Source: Selaginella moellendorffii
Lineage: Eukaryota; Plantae; Lycopodiophyta
Direction: 5' to 3'
NCBI RefSeq assembly: GCF_000143415.4
Contig: NW_003314352.1
Location: 165,765-229,764, forward strand
Length of the DNA: 64,000 nt
Both the position numbers and the translations under genes were made by a program. Below the pieces are notes generated by a model, which saw only the letters and a list, made by a program, of their open reading frames with translations, had not been told where the DNA came from and did no database searches. Positions 39,501-53,159 of the stretch are shown in pieces; the stretch's first letter is position 1; each line of letters starts with the position of its first letter.

Positions 39501-42500
39501 CGGTCTTGACCTCGGACTCCATCTTGGATCCATCTAGGACTCCATCTTGGACTCCATCTCGATCCATCTTGGACTACATCTCAGACTCCATCTTGATCCA
39601 TCTCGGACTCCATCTCGGACTCCGTCTCGGTCCATCTCGGACTCCATCTCGGATCCTTCTCGGACTCCATCTCGGACCCCGTTTTGGTCCATCTTGGACT
39701 CCATCTCGGAATCCGTCTCGGTCCGTCTCGGACTCCATCTCAAACTCTGTCTCGGTCCATCTCGGACTCCATCTTGGACTCCGTCTCGGTCCATCTCGGA
39801 CTCCAGCTCAGACTCCACCTCTAACTCCATCTCAAACTCCATCTCGGACTCCATCTTGGACTCCACCTCAGACTCCATCTTGGACTCCACCTCAGACTCC
39901 ATCTCGGACTCCGTCTCGGTCCATCTCGGACTCCATCTCGAACTCCAACTCAAGTCCATCTCGGACTCCATCTCGGACACTTCCATGTGTCATGTGTTGG
40001 TCCTTTTGGGTCCCTTTTTGGAGCCTCGCTTATTGCTTGCTTCGTGCTTGTTCCTCAAGCACTTTGTTGGGAGTTCCACTCCCGCTCTCGACCTTTCAAG
40101 TCGGATCTTTTAGTCCAAACGTGTTACACTCGTTTGGCTTTTTTTTCGGCCACTACCACGTGGCACCCTTCCAGCTCCACTTTGGGGCCTAGGGATTTTG
40201 TGTCTCACAACAAGGTCGAACAGATTGAAGTGGAATCAATCCCTTAAGTAGTTCCTAAGTACAAACTAAAGCCCCCATCAGTCTTCAAGGGAGTGAATGA
40301 CTATAAGGTGATGGAGGATTAGTTACGATATGGAGGACTACTTCTGAGTATTGTGGTTACTGAGCTCGGAGAAGGTCCCATGTGCAAAACCATACTTGGC
40401 AGATAAAGCAAAGTCTTGGTGGAGAACGATAGAGGTTAATGAATGACCGGTGGCCACTTGGGAAATGATGAAGGTGAGGATCTGCATGACTTACATTCCT
40501 CCAAATGCTACTCTGCACCTAAGGGATGAGCTAAGTAGGTTGAAACAGACCAAAACTATTCAAGAGTATATGAATGGGTTTATGGCAAAGAGGATATTTG
40601 TCACAGATATGGGTGATATAGATGAGTTCCATGCCTTTATATTAGGCTTGCAAATTTGGGCTTGCGGAGAGGTGATACATTGGAACCCAACCAACTACAA
40701 GGAAGCGTTGGATGCGGCTATCAAGGTGTATTTCAATGATAACTTGTGAAAGGGGAACATGACAGGGTCGGGGTCCATGTTTAGCAAATGGGCTAAACTA
40801 AGGGGAATATATGGCAAAGGGAAGAGTGATAAAAAGACGGGAATGGAAAAAGTACCTTTAGTGATCCAGCGGCTGTTGGACCAATTCATGCTGAAGGAGC
40901 TACCGGTGGGGTTGCCCCCCGCACGACTGATAGAACATAAGATTGAGTTGGTTGAGGGTGCTAATATGGTGGTTCATCCACTCTATCGTTTGAATGAAAA
41001 GGAACTCAAGGAGCTCAAGTGCTAACTAGAAGAGTTGGTGGACAAAAGGTATGTTAAGTTAAGCAAGTTACCGTATGGGGCACTAGTGTTATTTGTGAAA
41101 AAGAAAGATGGATTTATGCACATGTACAGAGACTAACGGTTGCTCAACAAGTATATAAAGAAGAACAAGTACCGTTTGCCAAGAATTGAGGATCTGTTCG
41201 ATAGGTTAGGAAAGGCAAAATACTTCTCGAGGATTGACCTAAGATCAGGATAGTACCAAATCAGGGTAGCAAAGGAAGATGTCGAGAAGACAACCTGTCA
41301 AACAAGGTATGGGAGCTTTGAGTTTCTGGTGATGCCCTTTAGGCTATGCAATGCACCGGCAACGTTTTTGGCGTTCATGAACCACATCTTTATACCCTAT
41401 CTAGATCACTTTGTGGTTGTCTATATTAACGACATCTTGATCTATAGTAAAATGCTAGAGGAGTATGCTGAACACTTGACAAAGGTGTTTGAAAAACTAA
41501 GGGAACACAAGTTATATGCTAAAGAGAGTAAATGTGACTTTTCTCAATAAAAGGTAAAGTTTTTCGGGCATGTGGTGGGTAAGGACGGGCTCAAAGTGGA
41601 CCCTGAGAAGGTCTAAGTGATCTAGGAATGGGAGTGACCATCGAATGTACATGAGTTGAGGGCGTTCTTAGGGCTATGCAACTACTACAGAAAGTTTATC
41701 AAATATAATCCGAGAGTAGCCTTGGCTTTAACAAACCAAATAGGTAAAGGGAAAGTGGTATGGATAGCGAAATGTGAGGTGGCATTTATCCACCTCAAAG
41801 GGAAGTTGAGGAAGACTCCCGTGTTGGCGTTACCAGACTTTGGTAAGAACTTTGAGGTAGAAATGGATACTTCAGACTTTGTGTTAGGCACAGTTTTGAA
41901 GCAAGATAGTTATCTAGTGGTGTCTTCTCGAAGAAGTTGGACAAGGCTCAACAAAAGTGGCATGCCCACGAGAAGGAATTATTTGCGGTGGTCAAGGTGC
42001 TCAAGGAGTGGCAACACTACTTTGGGAGGCTCTTCAAAGCTTATACGGATAATGTGGCAACAAAACACTTTTTGTCACAGCCCAACTTAAGAGGGAAACA
42101 AGGTCAGTAAGCCAATGCTTTAGCCGAGTTTAATTGCGAGATTCTGTATAAACCTGGGAAGAGCAACATCGTAGCGGATGCTCTAAGTTGAAAAGCAAGC
42201 TTGAAGTTGGTGATATCTAGGGCAACAACAATATTTTAGGATGATGTACAGACACTATATGAGGATGATGGTCTAGCACAAGAAGTGTTGCTGAAGAACC
42301 AAGAGGCGCAAGAAGCTCACTAGAGAGGTGAGCTGCTAATGGAAGAGAAAATAGGTTATGTGGAACATAATGGACTCATGTATTATAAACAAACAAAAGT
42401 GTATGTTTTAGAAGGGGAATTAAGGAAGGTAGCCTTAGAAGAGTGTCATGACGGACCTCTTGCGGGACATGGCAGAGTGTTTAAGACGATGGGCTTACTC

Positions 42501-45500
42501 AAGAGGAAGTATCACTTGCCAGATATGGCTAAGGACGTCCAAAACTATTTAAAGACATGTCTAACATATTAGTAGGTCAAAGGCGTGGGTAAGGTTAATG
42601 GGGGCTTGTTACAAAGCATCCTAATTCTAGATCATCCGTGGAAATATCTTATGATAGACTTCATTATGGGACTCCCCCCAAGTGAGGGGTTTGATGTGAT
42701 ATTCGTGGTGGTGGACCAATTTTCAAAGATGGCACATTTTATACCCACCACAACAGAAGTGTATGCAAAAGGTGTGGCGAAGCTATTCTTCGAACAAGTG
42801 GTTCAAGTGTGGGGAAGCTAGAAGAGATTCTCTCAGATCGAGATAAGATCTTCACTAGTAGGTTCTAGAGAACTCTCCTAGAATAGTATTGCACTATGTT
42901 GAACTTCAGCACAACTTATCACCCACAGACAAGTATAGAGTATTAAGTCAAGTTTGATGGAACTAACACTTCTTGACAGATGGACATACAGAAAGGGTAA
43001 ATAGGCAGCTAGAGGATTATTTGTGATGCTATATCTTGGGAAACCATACTGATTGGGTAAGTGATTTGGGACTTGCGGAAATGTGCTATAACAACTCACC
43101 ACATTCGAGTATTGGGGTGAGTTCATGGGAAGTCATTAATAGGCGAGTTATTGAAGGTCTTATAGAACTCAACGTGGCCAAGTCTCATGGAGAATTACCC
43201 ACAATGGAGGCATTCACGGTAAAAAGACTCAACATTTGGAATCTAGTGAGGGATTCCTTGGAACAAGCTCAACAAAGGCAAACCAAGTATGCGAACCAAA
43301 AGTGCTGGGATGTAGAGTTCCAACTTGGGGAGAAGGTATGGCTGAACACCAAAAACCTAATGCTACCAAGTGGGATCAACCGAAAGTTGACCCAAAGGTA
43401 AAAATGCATATATTCCTAGAAATGAACTAATCTTGAATTCCTTAAGTAGGTTCATGGGGTGTTACGAGATTAATGCACGAATCGGTAAAGTAGCTTACTG
43501 CCTCCGACTTCCTCGAGAGATGGGGAAGATGCACCTAGTGTTCCATGTGAACTTACTCAAGCCATATTTTGAGGATCTGCTTCACAAAGACCAAGTGAGA
43601 CCTTTACCTAAAGTTATCCAAGGCGAAGAGGAATACGAAGTCGAGGGCATCTTCAATGAGTGAAAGAGCAAGTGAGGACACGAGGTGAGGGAGTTCCATA
43701 TGAAGTGGAAAGGATTTCCATACTACAAAGCAACATGGAAACTGGAGGAGAACCTAGCAAACATGCAAGATCTAGTGGAGGAATTTCTACAAGACAGAAA
43801 TCTATGTACTTATGCAAAGTTCAATTCAAAGTATCAATTTGTGAAGTTGAGCAATGGCATATGTTGGGACCTGAAAGCACGCTGAAGGTAACTTAATTAG
43901 CATGGGTTAGCTAGGTCAATTAGGCATAGGGAACTACACTCGACTTCCCGCGGGGATGTCAAATCCATAGACATATTCTACGAAGGTTGGGTTCAAGTCC
44001 CAACCCCATACTAGGGCGTGGTGAGGTGAGGGGTAGAGGTATATTTCGTTGTTATGGGGTCCTGGCCAGGGAGGCTAATTTAGGCACACTACTAAGTGGG
44101 GGATGCCCCCAGAGACATGGTCAACAAGTCGTAGGATTAAAAACAAATGTTTAATATGGGCATTGAACTTCTTCTATGGGTGGTGGAGTTGTAAGGAACT
44201 AACTCCTCGAGGTGTCATAAGCTAAAGGATCCCCGAAAGCATGACCGAAATGATAAAGAGTTCATTGAATGGGACTGAGTCTGAGATCGAGTCTAAGACC
44301 AACTCTGAGACCGAGTTTGAGATAGAGTCCGGGATTGAGTCCGAGGCCGACTCTGAGACCGAGTTTGAGACCGAGTTTAAGACAGAGTCCAAGATCCGAG
44401 ATTGGGTCGGAGACCTAGTCAAGTCTGAGGCCGAGTCCCAGGTCGGGTCTGAGATCGAGTCTGAGATCGAATCCGAATACTAATACAAGTCGAGGGGTGA
44501 AAGCCCAAAGTGTGTGTCTCCCAGGGGGGGGGGGGGGGGGGGGGGGGTTCCCGGGGTTTTTAAAATTTTTTAAGGGTAGTAAGGGTTTGGAACCCCCCTT
44601 GGAAAAATTTTCCCAAGGGGGTTCCCAACCAAATTTAGGTTTAAACTGGGGCCCAAAAGCCTTTGGGGGGAAGGAACATGGACTTTGGGGGGGTTGGAGG
44701 GCCCCCCCCCGGGAGGGAAAAAAACTGGGGGGCTCCCCCCCCCTGGGAAGGGGGGCCCCCCTTGGGGACCATGGGGGTTATTGGACCCTGCCCCACCCAG
44801 GGGGTTAGGCCTTTTCTTTTGGAAGGAAAGGGGAAAATAAGGGGACCCCTACCGGGGTTTTAGGCCCCGGGGTTTCCCCCCCCCCTTTCCAAAAAAGGGT
44901 TTCCCCCCAGGGTTGGGATTTTAAGGGGCCCCTGAACAAATTTTTGGGGACCCCGGGTGTTTGGAATTTAAAAACCTGGGGGGCTTGGCCGCTTTGGCTT
45001 TTGGGGGGGNNNNNNNNNNNNNNNNNNNNNNNNNNNNNNNNNNNNNNNNNNNNNNNNNNNNNNNNNNNNNNNNNNNNNNNNNNNNNNNNNNNNNNNNNNN
45101 NNNNNNNNNATAGAGAATCTATCTCTCTCTATCTGGAATAGTCATACCCAAAACTGTGAGTTAGAGCCCTAGACACCTTTCTAATATGTCCACGGAATGC
45201 TCTTATCAACAAACATGTACAACTTGGCTTTATCTTGATCATCATTATGAGGTGGCATCCTTCAATATTTTCTAAGATGGTCTCCATATGCACATAGGGT
45301 CATGAGCATCATGTCAAGAATGAAAGGTAGCAATCATTGTAAAGTGATTGAACTAATGATACACATCATCTTTAGGATTCTTAGTTTATATACAAAAGTA
45401 AATGGTCTGAATTGAAACTAATCTAATAACGGCTATCAAAATCCTACTATACTAATATTTATTGCAGTGGAAAATAATGAGTCATGTGAGGAGTGAGAGT

Positions 45501-45721
45501 CCTTGACTCCAGCTGAATAAAAGGATTAGTAGTAAGAGAAAGAGGAGTTGTACCATATGCTATGAATACCACTATTAATTGAGTTTGATTATTCAACTAT
45601 ATCTATATAGCATTAAGCAATTACACCAATTGCTTCTCTAGAGTCAAAGGAGGAAGAGGTTGTTACTTTACCATGAAGATGAACATAGGATAAAGGGTGA
45701 AAACCACATGTACTATAGTTA

Positions 45722-46000
45722 AACATCCTTGGGTTTGAATAATACTAAAGTGGATGACCTCCTAAGAAGTCTAAATTCACGAGTTTACATTTGGTATCAA
45801 AGAGGACTCAGGTTCAACTTTTTTAGTTGGCTAAGGGAATCATATCACATGTTGAAATTGAGTTCAGTTTACCATAAATAAAAGTGCTCCCCCTTTTTAT
45901 AATTGGTTAAGGGTATTGGGATATTTAGGGTTACATGTCCTTGGGTTTGAATAGTATTGGGATAGGTGATATCTCAGAAAGTCTAAATTTATGAGCTTAT
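45722..46000 (+). mobile_element. Degenerate copy of TRIM family F
   Basis: LTR 3' end, then TTTGGTATCAAAGAGG PBS, then a second partial LTR. Similar to the reverse complement of 57715-57959. Confidence 0.7.
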
Positions 46001-47486
46001 ACCTAGATTAATATGACAAAAAACTATCAAGAGGTGGGCTTTTAAAGAAGGACTTGAAGTCATGTGCCCCTCAGATTTGGGATGGAGTGAATATATTGTG
46101 AGTCACCATAGATCTCCAGACAACAAATGAAAAGAAGGAAGCAATGAAGGAGATATTGGAGACCTGGCAATTACTCATCTCCACCAGTTTTGGAGATGGC
46201 TCTAGGGGACCTCAATGGCAATTATGATAATATTATAGAGTAATACATGGCAATTATGGTCTATTGCACACTTTTCTTGGAGTTGCAGTTGGTCAAGAAT
46301 GCCTTGTGAGTAGGTTTCCAACACTTGATGAGGATGGAAGCACATTACTATCTTTAGAAAAGTGGAGTACTTTTCAGAGCATTGTCAAGCATTGGCATCG
46401 ACTCTTTGCTATAGGTATTCACAATATGAGTTATAATCTGAACAAAGGATATAGTGGCAATTTTACACTTCAGAGGCCTTTTAGAGGATTTGCAACAGTG
46501 GTTTGTAGAGATTGTGTAAGGTATGGCTTTAACAGTTTATGAACCTTGTTTGTCTAATCCACTTTTTGTCCACTTTACAGAATTTGATGAAGAATGACAA
46601 TCCAAGTTACATAATTTTACAATAGATTCACTAGGGTTCTGGCCTAAGGAGATCACTCACATCTAAAGAGATGACTTATTTCATCTCATATAGTAATATG
46701 TAACATTGAGTTTCGAAGCAATCAAATGAATATAGTTCTAAAAGTATGAAATTATCAAGCATAGAAGAGTTTTAAATATATTAAATATTTTCTATATTCT
46801 TCCAAATGCCTTTGGTGGGCATCTTGTAATTGCCATCACTTACCATCTGTGCTTAATGATATATTGATAAATTTCTTCAAAAGATAGTCTATTACTTGTT
46901 TGAAATCATCGCTCTCCAAACAAATAGCCTCTTGAAGCTCAATAAGTATGGCATTACTCTACTCAAGCCCCTTAAACTCCTCAAGCACCTTGATATTATC
47001 CTTAGCTATGACATATGATTGGATGGTTTGTTTTTCTCCTACGTTTTGTATGCATTGGTTGATACTATCGACCTGGGCCTACTTTCTAAGGTTGAAAGAA
47101 TCTAGGATTCAAATAATAAGAATATCTGATCATCAAAGGTTCCATATAAAATATCTACTGGTAGTTCTTCATCTTTAACTTTGACTATGAGCTTAGGCTT
47201 AGTTTTTGCACACCAGGTGAACCAATGGGTGAAATAGGGGAGGGATTGGGAGTAGTTAACACCTTCAGGCATGATCCTTCACTAAGAAAAATCTGGGCTT
47301 TGTAGGTTGAGAAGAAACCTCTCTATTAAGCAAATCTTGGAGGAAACCCTTCCATCTGTTAGAAAAGAAAAAGGAATATATGTTGTGTTTATTATAAGAT
47401 TATATGACTTACAAGAGTTACAATTGTCTTCCAATCTCAATAAATTCCTATCCTCCTTCCTTTGCCCATAGCATATAGTGGAAACC

Positions 47487-50400
47487 TGTTAGGCACCAGC
47501 TTTGACCATGTGGTCAATGTTGGTCAAAGGGAGGCTCAAGGGTATTTTAAGGCATGTTAGGGTAAGGGTCTTAACCTACTCTAGGGCTCACAGTGAAGCA
47601 GCGGCATAGTGGAGCTTTTGAGGTACCTTGGGGGTGGTTTATTGAGAAGCTTATTCGCTTGATTAGTTGTGTTCTAACAAAGGATCCAAATTAGAACAAG
47701 TCCTACTTCATTAATGGCATTCATAGTGAGAGCATGTGGCAACACTTGCGTCATTCTCAGCCTACAAAGAGTTTGGAGGAGCTTTTTGATGTAACTCGTC
47801 AATTTGACAATGACAAGCATAAGTCTCGCAAGTGTTCGCGGAGTCCTTCTATCAAGAATCACCATGATGATCACTGTGGACACAAGGATGGGAACAAGCA
47901 CCATAAATTGAAGTCTGTGGTGACTACTTCAGATGCAAAGTGGTCAAAGAAGCAAAAGTTCTTTATGAAAAATTATAGACAAGGTTGTCATCATTGTGGC
48001 GAGCTTGGACACTACAAAGCTGATTGTCCACAGTTGAAGAACAAGTAGCATAGCAAGGAGAATGGTCAATCTTCTACTGATGGTAAGTTAGATATTAAAA
48101 AGTTGCAAACTTTGTAGAGTGAGGATGACGGGGATGACTATTCCAGTTGGAGGAAGAGGCTTTCGATCATTGCTCATCAACTTAACTGTGTGTGGAATAA
48201 GATGGAGCTCGAGGATACTTGTGAATCAGCTTTAATGTTGGAGGGCATATTCCGTAACGGTCTAGTGTGGATTTTACTGGATAGTGGGAACAATGACAAC
48301 TTTGTTTCGGCAAAGTTTGTTGCAAAGTATGGCTTGGTCACATGCAGAGTTCCTCCATACATGGTAGAAGGTGTAACTACCTCTACTTAGAATTTTGATG
48401 TTTGTATAGAGGGGCTGGAAGTGTTGGTTGGCAAAACCACATTTGTGAAGACATTTTATCTCGCGAATATTTATTGTGTGGATCTCATTCTTGGGATGCC
48501 ATGGTTGGTAAAAGTGGATCTGGAGATAAAGTGGAGTATTAAGCATGTCTTGTTAGAGTACGGTGGCATTAAAGATATGTGGTTTGGAGAGGGAGTTCAA
48601 CCTCTAGTTGTTATGCTCTCCACTACATCTTTGAAGCGGGCTTGTCGTAATGGAAAAGAACTTTCGAATTACTTGTTGTTTGTTCATGACTTGGGAGACC
48701 AAGATATGTGTGGGGGAGAAGCAACAGTACAGGATGTACTCAATGAGTTTTCCAATGTTTTTCTATTTGAACTTCTTCATGGGTTACCCCCATTACGAGG
48801 TGTGGAGCATGGGATTATGTTAGAGCCAAAGACGCAACCAATTTATCGGCATCTATTTCGGTTAAGTTATGTGGACGAGCAAGAATTTCAACGATAAGTC
48901 AAGGAGTTACTTGAGTTTGGATTTATTCAACCAAGTAAATCTTTGTTTGGTGCTCCAGTCTTGCTTGTGAAGAAGAAGGACAGTTCAATATGGATGTGTA
49001 TTGACTACTGTGCCTTGAACAAAAAGACAGTGAAGGATAAAATGCCAATGCCATGTGTGGATGATATCTTAAACAAGCTTGGTGAAGCATGAGTGTTTAC
49101 TAAGATTGATCTGAGGAGTGGATATCATCAAATTGCAATAGATAATACATCTATCTCCAAGACGACATTCAACACAAGCCTCAGGTATTTTGAGTTTACA
49201 GTTATGCCATTTAGTTTGACGAATGCACCAGCCACATTTACTCGGTTGATGACAGAAGTATTTAGGCGTTATCTTCATGAGTTTGTGGAGATTTTCTTGG
49301 ATAATATTCTTGTTTTCAGCAAGAATATGAAGGAGTATAAGGTTCTTTCATTATTCTATGATAGCAAGCTTTATGTGAAAAAGAGCAAATGTGAGTTTGC
49401 AAAGTCGAACGTGGAATATTTAGGCCATATTGTGACATCTAAAGGTGTTAAGATAAATCCCAGGAAGGTGGCTGTGGTGGAGAACTAGCCTACACCAACT
49501 TCGGTGGCTGAGTTATGTAGTTTTCTTGGTATGACAAATTACTACCGATGTTTCCAGCATAAATTTGCAGAGGTGGCTATTCCTTTGACATGGTTGTTGC
49601 GCAAGAACGTACTATTCGAGTGGAAGACACCACAAGAGGAGAGTTTTGTGGTGCTGAAACAATTGTTAAGTGAGGCTCTAGTGCTTCACATTATTGATCC
49701 ATCAAAACCTTATGAGATGACATGTGATGCGAATGGTTATGCACTGAGAGGAGTTTTCATGCAAGAGGGACAGCCTATTGCATATGAGAGTCAAACTTTG
49801 AATTCTGTGGAACAACGCTATTCCACATATAAGCAAGAGTTACTCTTTATTGTTCATGCTTTACAGATGTAGCAGCACTATCTTATAGTGCAGTGTTCAT
49901 GGTGTTGACGGATCACGAACCACTTGTGTATCTTTTCACACAGAAAGAGTTGAATACTAGGCAAGCTCATTGGATGGTTAAACTTATGGAGTTTTGGGAG
50001 TTTCCTATTGAGCATCGTCCGGAAAAATCGAATGTGGTGGCAGATGCTTTATCTCGTGTTCATCATGTGACACCATTACAAATACGGTTTTGTCATCATT
50101 TGAGTAAGATGGTCAACGCAATTGGTTGAGCGAGCTCAAGCTCAAGATACTGAGGTGGCCTCTTTGTGAAACCAGATAGAAGCCCCTTTTTCATAGGTGG
50201 ATGGGGTTCTTTGCTGCCATGGCTGTGTCTATTTGCCATGGGTGGATGCTTTAATTACTCAAGTTTTATTCCACTATCATGATCATCCAAAGGCTAGTTA
50301 TTTTGGGGGGAAGAAGATGTATAAGTTGATTAAGTGTAATTTTTATTAAAGGAATATGAAGGTTAATATCTTTAAGTATTATAAATCATGTGAGCTCTAT

Positions 50401-51672
50401 AAGCAGGTTAAGGTGCCATGGGAGAAGCCGGGGGGACTTTTGCAACCTTTACCTATTCCTTAGAGCTGTTGGTGTAGTTTCTCTATAAAATTTATCACTT
50501 GTTTGCCACGCACACAAAGGCAAAAGGAGCAGTTATAGTGGATTAGTTGATGAAGTATGTGTGGTTTTTGGCTCTTCGGAAAATTGTCATTGCCTCAAAT
50601 TTGGCTACAGTCTACTTGAAGAAGGTTTTTTCTAATTTTGGTTTGCCAAAAGTCATCATCAGTGATCGAGATTTAAAGTTCACAAATGGATTTTGGAAGA
50701 GCTTTGCAAAGCCTATGCAAGTGACTTTGAAACTCTCGAGTGGAGACATTCCTTAGACGGATGGCCAAATTGAGCTTGTGAATCAGGTGGTGGAGGATAT
50801 GCTACGTTATAATGTTGGTCAAAGGCAAGGATAATGAGATCTATATCTTCTATTAGTGCAATTTTCTTACAATAATAACCAACATAATGGAACCAAGCTA
50901 AGTCTTTACTTTGCCATGTTTGGAAAGCATCCCCGAATAGTAGTGGAGTTGGGATTGCATTTGAGTAAGGATGTTCAAAATAAGCTTGATTTTGAGGTGA
51001 TTAATTTGGCTATAAAATTTAATGAGATTCTGGTGGTGTGCAAACGGATTTTGTAGGCAGCTCAGGATAGAGTAAAGAAGTTTGCTAATGAGCATCACTA
51101 ATTCCGGGAATATAAGATGGGTGTTCTCGTCTTTGTGCGAGTGATTTTTCCATCAAGTGAGCAGCAGAACACTTTGATGCCTTTACGAACAGGGAAGAGT
51201 GACAAACTTTCCCATCGATATGCTAGTCCATATGAAGTACTGAAGCATATTTGTAAAGTGACTTATCGAGTGTGGTTGCCAGTTGAGGTGAAAATTCATC
51301 TAGTATTTTATGTTAACTAGTTCAAAGGTGTACTATCTCAGAGTGACAAGCTTAATGCCTACTTGATGCATACAGTTCCCTAGAAAGGGTGATCACTGAT
51401 ACAACTCGTCCTTAGGACAAGGACTTTGTTGGGGGGGGGGGGGGGTAAGAATTGTTAGGTGTTAGCTTTGACCACGTGGTCAACATTGGTCAAAGGGAGG
51501 CTCAAGTGTATATTAAGGCATGTTAGGGTAAGGGACTTAACCTACCCTAATGTTTACAGTGGAGCGGCAATGTAGTGGAGCTTTTGAGGTAGCTTAGGGG
51601 TAATTGGGTGGTGAGGAATCTCAAGAGGTCTAGGCTAACTAGATCTCTATTTTTTTGCACCAGATTATAATA
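47487..51672 (+). mobile_element. Element E: degenerate Ty3/Gypsy element, with LTR-like repeats at 47487 (truncated) and 51453-51672
   Basis: Zn knuckle CHHCGELGHYKADC, protease LLDSG, RT FTKIDLRSGYHQI, RH and IN relics, G-rich PPT. No TSD found. Confidence 0.85.
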
Positions 51673-53159
51673 ATCTCTTTGAACACTTAGGGATTATTTC
51701 CCCAACCTTGATAGCTTTGCCTCATGGCAAGCTTCAAAACCACACTTTTATTGCACCACTCTAATTTCACATATTCTATAAATCATTTATATTTGACTTT
51801 CTAGGTATTAATCTATCTAGAATTGTCTTTGGGAACCTTGAAGGAACTCTATCCCTTAGCTTGTTAATGTCTGTCCTTTTGCAAGCTTTCTAATTGCCAT
51901 ATAGTCTAACATGGACAATTCTATATTTAGACTTTCCATGGCATCACGGTTATTAATAGTAATATGTTTGAGTAAACATTTGATTCTCCATTCTCAATTT
52001 ACATAACCACCATTAGTTATGTTTTTTGATACCTATGGTTCGGTTTTATCCTTTTCCCACTTGCTTTTTGGCCTTACACCTTTTATTTAGTTATTTTCCT
52101 CTTGCCTAGGAGGGTAATTTTGGACTTTATACCATGCCTTAATAAGTATTCTTAGGGATGAACCTACTCAATAATTTAGGGAGTGGTTTTTCAATTTGGA
52201 TATGCTTACCGTGTAATCCCACACAGTGGTCAAAAACAAGGATAGTGGGATCTATATATCTTCCGTTGGTGCAATTTACTTACAACATAAACCAACATAA
52301 TGGAACCAAGCTAAGTTCTTACTTTGCCATGTTTGGAAGGCATCCCCAAACAGTGGTAGAGATTGCATTTGAGTAAGGACGTTCAAGATGAGCTTGATTA
52401 TGAGGTGACTGATCTGGCCACAGAACTTGATGAGATTTTGGTGGTGTGCAAATGAAATTTATAGGCAACTCAGGATAGAGTGGAAAAGTTTGCTAATGAG
52501 CATCTTCAATTTTGGGAATATAAGATGGGTAATCTCATCTTTGTGCGAGTCATCTTTTAGTCAAGTGAGTGGCAAAACACCTTGGTGCCTTTATGGACAG
52601 GGAAGAGTGACACTCTTTCCCATCGATATGCTGGAGTGCATTGGTAAAGCAACTTATCAAGTACGGCTACCAGTTGGGATGAAAATTCATCTGGTATTTT
52701 ATGTCAACCAGTTGAAAAGTGTATTATCTCGAAGTAACGATGTAAACTCCTGAGTTAAACCCAAGGACACTTAACCCCAAATATCCCTAAACCTTTAACC
52801 GATTAGAAAACGGGGTGCACTCTTATTTATGGGCCCTTTCCCTCTATATTTGAACCCCATGGATCGTCTCTCAAATCGTTCTTTTTGGTTGCTTACAATC
52901 CACTACACTTCTCTGCAAGTTCACGCCCTCGTGAATGGAAGCTAAGAGCCACAGCTCTCCAAAAAGCCCTACTCTCTTGACACCCTATCTCTTTGGTTGC
53001 TTACAATCCACCACGCTTCCTTGCAAGTTCATGCCCTCGTGAATGGAAGTTAAGAGCCACAGCTCTCCCAAGAGCCCTGCTCTCTTGACACCCTACCCCT
53101 TAGGTCGAGCCCAGCAGGAGCAAATTAGACTAGCCAGATGTCAATCAATATGTGGTGTG

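Larger units (their letters stand above)
27219..40209 (-). mobile_element. Element B: non-autonomous LTR retrotransposon (LARD-like). LTRs 27219-28968 and 38332-40209
   Basis: Highly similar 1.75/1.88 kb TG...CA LTRs, TSD ACAAG (27214-27218, 40210-40214), Met PBS 38317-38328, PPT next to 28969. No intact internal ORF. Confidence 0.9.
25675..45112 (+). mobile_element. Element A: degenerate Ty3/Gypsy chromovirus. LTRs 25675-26824 and 44190-45112 (gap inside), tRNA-Met PBS about 26828, gag split by B, pol 40759-43885 with chromodomain
   Basis: Similar LTR starts (TGTAA.GAAC..CTC), TGGTATCAAAGC PBS, PPT CTATGGGTGGTGGAGT, TSD GAGAA at 25670-25674 and 45113-45117. RT, RH, IN and CHD (YEVEGIF...KWKGFP...TW) motifs with stops. 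No protease visible. Confidence 0.85.

Noticed and set aside
42306-42355. Possible third intron in element A pol
   Set aside because: The segment reads in frame apart from one point stop and has no GT donor in a phase that restores the frame.
44510-45009. G/C homopolymer-rich stretch suggesting G-quadruplexes or a novel repeat
   Set aside because: It is a garbled version of the A 5' LTR (about 26050-26590) after a poly-G run, next to an N gap. Most likely low-quality read sequence.
45180-47480. AT-rich stretch with short ORFs
   Set aside because: Probably decayed TE debris. No motif could be assigned apart from the TRIM relic.
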